This document shows positions 57,984 to 64,000 of a DNA stretch of 64,000 nucleotides, in pieces. A program made the translations under genes and the position numbers. This stretch comes from a virus: IMG/VR virus record IMGVR_UViG_2862962057_000001, positions 442 to 64,441 of that record. One strand, 5' to 3'. The notes beneath the pieces are model-generated. The model worked only from the letters and a program-made list of their open reading frames with translations. It ran no database searches and had not been told where the DNA came from. Positions within the stretch are counted from its first letter, which is position 1. Every line of letters starts with the position of its first letter.

Positions 57984-59426
57984 ATGTGGAAAAAATTTAT
58001 TCATGAATCTGAAGCTCACAAGAGAGTGAATGATGATTATGTGCGTAATGCTGCACCTCAATCTTCATTCACAACTGGGAATAAAACTCATAGAGTAGTA
58101 GTCTGGATTTTCGGGGTTATAGGTATAATTGCTGTAATTGCAGCCGTTACTGTAGGTGCCTTTCATTGGGTTTTATCGACAGAATATACAGTATCTGCTC
58201 ATTCGGAGAAATTTGAAAATCTTCGGTTGCAGCATGCGGTTGTTGCAATCCCGCTGCATAACCCTCAGACATCTCTTATTCCCAATGGCAACGCATTTAT
58301 GTCAATTGTTTATGAAGATGGCAGTTTTAAGCTGCATAAGGTGAGCAATATAGAAGGCCAAACGCCAATTTGGAATACTGAGGCGCTTCACTATACAGAT
58401 TCCCGTGATAGTTATTTCATACCAGTGAACGCTGGAAAACCTACGGTAAACTCTATAGAAAAGGTGCAACGTCAGAATTTTGCATTTTCTCTTGCTAATA
58501 GCGGTTTTGTTGATTTGTATGACGAAAGCATGATGAAGCATAGAGGTAAAACAACATATAAGATTCTTTCTACGACTGCTAAAGGTGAGAGTAAGCAGCA
58601 AACAATACAATTTTCAGAGAGTCTGTTTATTAAAACTTGTTCTACCTGTGGTAATCAAGCGTATGCAATTGCTCAAACAGACAAGCATGAAGTTGTATTG
58701 TATCGTATGGTCAATGAAGCAAATGTTGGCCTAAATGAGGTATCGCGGCACCATGAAAAAGACATGGTGGGTGAGCAATTATATCAAGGAGAAAATGAAT
58801 CTACAGGAGTAATTGATGCTGCTTATAGCCCACGATGCAACAATGGTGTGATTACTTTCTTATATTCGTATGGTCCATCATCTGCTCGCACAAAGGATAT
58901 GGCAGTAGAACACAGCGATTCTGCTGATGATGTTAAAGCTATTCAGGAACATTTTCTTGTGCGATGGGATGTGAAAACTGGTAAAATAACAACAATTCCA
59001 TTGAAGAACAGCAAAGGTCAAGTGTTGTATGGTCCGACCACAGTCTCTTATGAGATTGCTGGCTACATAAACGCACAGGCATACGATGAAAAGCTTCTTC
59101 ATATTGTTGATACCGAGAATGGACGAGTGTTTACTCTTGATACGCAAACAGGTGTTCTTCGCCGATTGTTAGATAAAACTACGCGTCAAGAGTCGTCAGC
59201 GGGCGTCAACTATCGTTTGCTGGTAGGAAACCATGAAATAGTTCGTATACCATCGATTATCGATACCTCTGATTTGAAAGATTTTGTTATCGAACGATTT
59301 GATAGGAAGACTGGAAAATTATTGAAAAAAATAAAAGTTAATAAAGATTTTCTCTATTTGACAGCTCAGAAAAATACGAATTTATATCCGGGAATTCCAG
59401 CTGTGAATCCAAAATGGTTGCAATGA
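57984..59426 (+). CDS. Membrane-anchored extracellular protein, possibly a beta-propeller
   Basis: Single N-terminal TM helix; WDVKTG/LDTQTG/FDRKTG turns; GAGGT SD. Confidence 0.7.
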   Translation: MWKKFIHESEAHKRVNDDYVRNAAPQSSFTTGNKTHRVVVWIFGVIGIIAVIAAVTVGAFHWVLSTEYTVSAHSEKFENLRLQHAVVAIPLHNPQTSLIPNGNAFMSIVYEDGSFKLHKVSNIEGQTPIWNTEALHYTDSRDSYFIPVNAGKPTVNSIEKVQRQNFAFSLANSGFVDLYDESMMKHRGKTTYKILSTTAKGESKQQTIQFSESLFIKTCSTCGNQAYAIAQTDKHEVVLYRMVNEANVGLNEVSRHHEKDMVGEQLYQGENESTGVIDAAYSPRCNNGVITFLYSYGPSSARTKDMAVEHSDSADDVKAIQEHFLVRWDVKTGKITTIPLKNSKGQVLYGPTTVSYEIAGYINAQAYDEKLLHIVDTENGRVFTLDTQTGVLRRLLDKTTRQESSAGVNYRLLVGNHEIVRIPSIIDTSDLKDFVIERFDRKTGKLLKKIKVNKDFLYLTAQKNTNLYPGIPAVNPKWLQ

Positions 59427-59517
59427 TCGGAAATTGACGTATTGGGCTTGATGCTTGTGAATGATTTTGCAGTGTCAAGCCCGATTTATCCTGTCGTGCG
59501 TGTAGGGGGAAACTAAA

Positions 59518-60816
59518 GGTAAGCGGCAAAAAGTGTGTCTATTAGTCGGCGTGTCTTTAACACATAGTCCCTTTTCTGATTGAAATATCTGGATGATAGT
59601 CAGCTTTACATAAGTTAAACCCAGTGTCTAAATGAGCTGGTCCAATTGGATTATCATCAATAATAATTTTTTTAGTTTTTGGTTTAAAACATTCAGAAGT
59701 TATAAATTGTTTAGGATCTGAAGGATTTTCACTATTGAAGTAACACCACCACTCTATAGCTCTCCGCATGTGATCTTCAGATAATCCTTTATGAATACTT
59801 ACCATTTCTTTATCTGTGAATTTATACCACCTTCTAAAGCATTAGTAGTACTAGGAATAGGAACGCTCGTTTTCTCTAATAGTAGAGGATCAAGAAAGGT
59901 AAATAGCGTACCATTTTTAACCTGTCTAGCAAGCAGATTATAAGCTTTTCTTGCTGTCTGATGCGTATACCACCATTGTTGATTACTTCTTACCCAAGAA
60001 GGAATATTTTCTTCAGAAACATTCTTACGGAACGTTTTTTGATTAAGCCAATCTTTCCACTGGTTATAAGATTTCTGTAGTAAATTAACCCATAAATCAG
60101 ATTCTTCTAATGTTCTGATTTTAACTAACTTTTTAGCTAAACCCCACAAAGCCTTATGTGATTGCAGCCTAGGCTTGCTTGTAGTTAATACGCGTATATT
60201 ACGTTTAATATGTACTAAACAGCGTTGTACTCGAGTTTCTGGCCAAACTTGTTTAATAGCGCTCAATGCTCCAGCATTCCCATCAGTAATAACAACAGTA
60301 GGAGCTAATAAATTATTAAGTAAACTCTTATATGCTTCAGTATTTTCTCTAATGCAACAACTGGCAAAATAATTCCACTTAAGCAACGTATTGGTCTTTT
60401 AGAGCGCAAGATTAGAGTAGTTAAAGAGAATAGTAATAATGAAACAGACTGGCTCAAATGGTCTAAACATGCATTTTTGAATCTATTTATGGTTTTTAAT
60501 ATCAAGAAGATAGCCTGCTTCTGGCAAGAGAAAACCTTCTTGCAACATAGCTGGGATAATACAGAAGAATTACGTCAAGCTATTCATACTTATATTGATT
60601 TTTACAACAACCACAGAATTAAAATGGGGCTTAAAAGACAATTAGGGAACATCATGCTATGATTGCACAAAATGTCTAAAAAATTGTCCTAAGCCCCTTT
60701 TGTTTTCAATGTCAAGTAATACTAAATGTTAAGCTTTTCAGCTTAATAACAGCGAGTTTTCCTTGGTATTTCAACGAAAACTCGGGTTTTTAGACACACT
60801 TTTTCCGCTTTTACCC
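59518..60816 (-). mobile_element. Degenerate IS256-family (IS1249-like) element with an embedded IS3 fragment (about 60500-60650, + strand)
   Basis: Imperfect IRs GGTAAGCGGCAAAAAGTGTGTCTA and TAGACACACTTTTTCCGCTTTTACC; broken transposase with VITDG, QRCLVH and TTNALEGGIN; IS3 end YIDFYNNHRI. Confidence 0.75.
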
Positions 60817-61016
60817 TCAAAAATAGTTCCTTCATTAGGCAACGACATCGTTGTCATCAAAGCAAGCATAAACATAAGCGGACCGAGCGCATTTCCATAC
60901 GTTTTGAACATCACACCAAAATCATGGCCATATACCACCATCGACAAGTAAAGGAACATAAAATTCACAGCTGTAAACATAACCAACTTCAGCACGAACA
61001 TAAGAACCTTGTACAT
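60771..61016 (-). CDS. Small two-TM protein (possible immunity protein), 3' end runs into the IS
   Basis: GAGGAGG SD; hydrophobic. Confidence 0.55.
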   Translation of the reverse strand: MYKVLMFVLKLVMFTAVNFMFLYLSMVVYGHDFGVMFKTYGNALGPLMFMLALMTTMSLPNEGTIFEGKSGKSVSKNPSFR

Positions 61017-61029
61017 AAGAATATCCTCC

Positions 61030-61593
61030 TCACTTACTCCACGGAGTCGCACACCAAATAGCAGAAGCTGCTAAGAATGCAGCTAGACCCACAGCTCCAC
61101 CTCTAAATGCGGCTGGACCAACTGCCTTTAAAATATACATAGCAGCTTGCTTCCAAAGATGATTTTCAAGTAACCTTGTTAAAGCACCACGAAATATTCC
61201 AGCAAGGGTGCCTAGCCCAGTAGCATCAATTATACATTTAGCATAATCCTTCGAACGCACTGCATGATTATCATTAGACGAAATCTTATCAACAGATGCA
61301 TTTGCATTGAGCTTATGAATTAAATTCTCAAGCACTTCTTTCGGAACATGAGAAAACTCCCCTGCTTGTGTTATAGTCCATTTTTTATTAATTTCATTAA
61401 ACTTGAGATACCTTGAAAAAATAATTTCAAGACGCTTAGCATAATTATCTATATTCGCATCACTGACATTACTTTCTACAACACTTGGTGCGTTATCCAC
61501 TATCTCACTAGCTTGAGCAGTTGATACCAGAGAAATACAGGTTGATAATGCTACAACAACTACAGCAATAGACTTAAAAATATGACATTTCAT
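61030..61593 (-). CDS. Secreted protein, bacteriocin-like
   Basis: Sec signal ending AQA; Gly/Ala-rich hydrophobic C-terminus bracketed by two Cys. Confidence 0.6.
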   Translation of the reverse strand: MKCHIFKSIAVVVVALSTCISLVSTAQASEIVDNAPSVVESNVSDANIDNYAKRLEIIFSRYLKFNEINKKWTITQAGEFSHVPKEVLENLIHKLNANASVDKISSNDNHAVRSKDYAKCIIDATGLGTLAGIFRGALTRLLENHLWKQAAMYILKAVGPAAFRGGAVGLAAFLAASAIWCATPWSK

Positions 61594-61823
61594 AGAAATT
61601 CTCCTTTGTAATTACAATATATAAAAGACCTATCATTAGGTTTAGCACTAATCCTATCCCATAATTTTTTGCCATACAATTGTTGTTGTTATTTTTGATA
61701 ACATATAAAATGTATAAAGTGTTATAAGTTTTACTTGTAACAAATAGAAATAGGGTTATTCCCCCAAATACTAAATTATGCAAATAGACTACAATTAGAA
61801 TATTCAAAATCACAACTACATCC

Positions 61824-63060
61824 CTAGTCTGTAGCATAGCTAGTGTTTGGTAACTGTGGCAAAACAACAATCAAACCGGCAGTAAAAATCAGCGCGAGTA
61901 TAGGCAAAAGTTGCCATTGAAGCAAAGATGAGAATGCAAATCCAATCCAAGAACCAGTAGTAGCACCAATCGCAAACGCAAGACGCGCCCAACCAGAAAA
62001 CTTAGCGAGAGTACTCCCTTTAAACAGAATCTGACGCGCAACAATAATCGGCTCTACTAGTAGCATTCCACCAATCGCTTGAAGGAAGAATGCGAAGCAC
62101 ATCATCGGCAAAAGATTAATAAACATAAAGCAATAAGCAACCAAGCTCACAGCAATACCCAAAATCGCAACTTTTCTTAAACCGAGTTTTTGAGACGAAT
62201 GCGCATACAAAACGGACGCGAGCACGCTTCCTACGCCAGTGAAAATATACAGCATTGTTAAAGATTGAGAGCCATATTGCTTACCGATACCAAGAAGAAT
62301 ATAAGAAACAGAGCATGCAGGAATAAAAGCAACCAAAAGAGATCCAGCAAGAAGCATGATTTTACTCTTTAGTAACGGATTCGCAGATTGCTTGGCTGTG
62401 GATTTATTGGATGTAGATTTGGAATCAACGTCATTTTCTTGCGATACTTGCGATACTTGCGATACTTCTCCTTCTTCACTAATCGCTTGCGATTCATTCT
62501 CTACATCTTGCGACGCTTCCTCTACTTCGCAAGATGCTTGCGCAATGTCTTGTTTCATAATAAATCGCGTAGCGCAAGCCGCAAAAGAAGTCACGGACGA
62601 GAAAATCAAAACCGCAGGAATCGACCAGCTTGCAATCCAAGATCCAAGCGGAGAGCCGAGCAAGGTTCCTGTAACACTCGCCAAAACGCTTACAATGCCA
62701 CTGTAGTTTACAATCATGCCGTCATCGCCGCCGGCAGCATCAACCTCGAAAACTTCGCTAGCAATATCAATCACTTGACCTGTAATCAACAATGCGCAAG
62801 AAAGAGCCACAAGCGACCACTTCCACGCAGGAGAGCCAAACATAAGAAGCGGCAGCAAACTGAGCACACCCTCCACACCCTCAGTCATAGCAAGAGCGCG
62901 AAAACCACCAAGCTTATCAACAATCCAACCAGAACATGGCGAAAGAAAATCGGCAACCGTCATAAAAGTCTTACGAAAACCAATCACCCACGCCGGCAAG
63001 CCAAAAATAATAATCGAAGGCAAAACCGAACCTTCATATGCCTGATTGCCGAGCATAGAA
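61824..63060 (-). pseudogene. MFS transporter lacking its N-terminus, fused in frame to an rmuC fragment
   Basis: GWIVDKLG loop motif, many TM helices, polar central linker. Confidence 0.65.
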
Positions 63061-63464
63061 AAATTGTCTTTTACTGGAGCAAGCGCTTCCAAGACTTTAC
63101 CTTGCTCTTTCAAAGTTTTTTCACGATTTAATCGTTCGCGTTCTTCTCGCTCTGCTCGCAATTGTTCTTCGCGATTCACTCGCAATTGCTCTGCTTGCTG
63201 CGCCTTAGCAAGTTCTGCTTCAACAAACTTTAATCGTTCAGCAAGCTGCTATGCTTGTGTGCGATACCGTATAGCCTGATTGCCATTTTCTTGAGCTTGA
63301 GCGCGCGCTTGTTCATACTGCGAGCGTAATTCGTTAAATTCGCGCTGGTTTACGCCATTAGCGCCTTGCGTTCCAGAGTTGTGCTTAACAATAGCCAACA
63401 CAATAACAGCGGTTATTGCTACAGCAACCACCATTAAAACAAGCATCACAATATTATCGAACAT
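63058..63464 (-). pseudogene. rmuC: 5' fragment of rmuC with an in-frame TAG at 63249-63251
   Basis: N-terminal TM helix, then coiled coil, then EQGKVLEALAPV; the frame continues across the stop. Confidence 0.55.
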
Positions 63465-63518
63465 ACGTTCTGTTAAACACTATTGAGTTGACTTTTGAAA
63501 TATAATTAGACACGTCTT

Positions 63519-63950
63519 TTAAGCGCGTTCAAAATAAAGCAATCCACGTCCACACGTGCCGCCCCATAGGCAAACTGCAATTATAGTAAGCACAACAATG
63601 ACGTATAGCAATATGGATTGTCCAGGAATTGCAGGCAAAGTTCCAGAAGGATACCATCGCAAAATCAATCCAATTTTACTTTGCAAACCTTGTGTGGCAA
63701 TGTTCATCACCGCTAAAAAGACACCAAATGCAAGGCCGTAAAACCTTCCAAAACAGGCTAATCCAATCATTATGAGCACAATATCAATCCAAGCATTACC
63801 TAAAATCATCTGCAATGTACTCAATAACTGCAAGTCAATTATACGAACAATTAACACTGAAGCGCCGAATGAAACAAACAAACACAATAAAGCAGCACTC
63901 AATGCATATATTCGCAACCTTTTCATCACGAAACGTTCCCACGATACCAT
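63519..63950 (-). CDS. Hypothetical membrane protein
   Basis: Hydrophobic ORF near the window edge. Confidence 0.5.
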   Translation of the reverse strand: MVSWERFVMKRLRIYALSAALLCLFVSFGASVLIVRIIDLQLLSTLQMILGNAWIDIVLIMIGLACFGRFYGLAFGVFLAVMNIATQGLQSKIGLILRWYPSGTLPAIPGQSILLYVIVVLTIIAVCLWGGTCGRGLLYFERA

Positions 63951-64000
63951 AATCGGAGCAAGGCAAACGAATGCCGCGGTAATAAACCCAACTACAATAA

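Noticed and set aside
62356..63131. Long plus-strand ORFs opposite the MFS
   Set aside because: Antisense shadows with no motifs; the RYL repeat comes from a 9-bp tandem repeat in the MFS linker

Overview
The window has three parts. The host is probably Gardnerella or another Bifidobacteriaceae member, inferred only from an RmuC-like fragment at the right end. (1) Bases ~780-16.8 kb are an accessory array built from repeated att-arm units. Four junctions carry a displaced rumA/rlmD-like 3' tail. The cargo includes cadD, a two-component system with a lantibiotic/bacitracin-type ABC transporter, lsa(C), two orphan antitoxins and a DnaQ-BRCT protein. (2) Bases ~16.7-57 kb are a nearly complete siphovirus-type prophage on the minus strand. 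It encodes two large serine recombinases, a GH25/Cpl-7 lysin, an HK97-type head, a MetK-like protein with a DNA methylase, PolA, a P4-type primase and its own sigma-like factor. No CI repressor was recognised. (3) Bases 57-64 kb hold secreted-protein and possible bacteriocin loci, IS relics and an rmuC::MFS fusion pseudogene. The top finding is a 309-aa intein in motif B of the phage PolA. Its homing endonuclease is not in the intein frame: it is a separate 267-codon HNH ORF nested in the +1 frame with its own perfect Shine-Dalgarno, so ~800 nt are dual-coding. Also notable are a riboswitch-like terminator/antiterminator leader before the phage sigma gene and a 34-bp motif before three phage operons.
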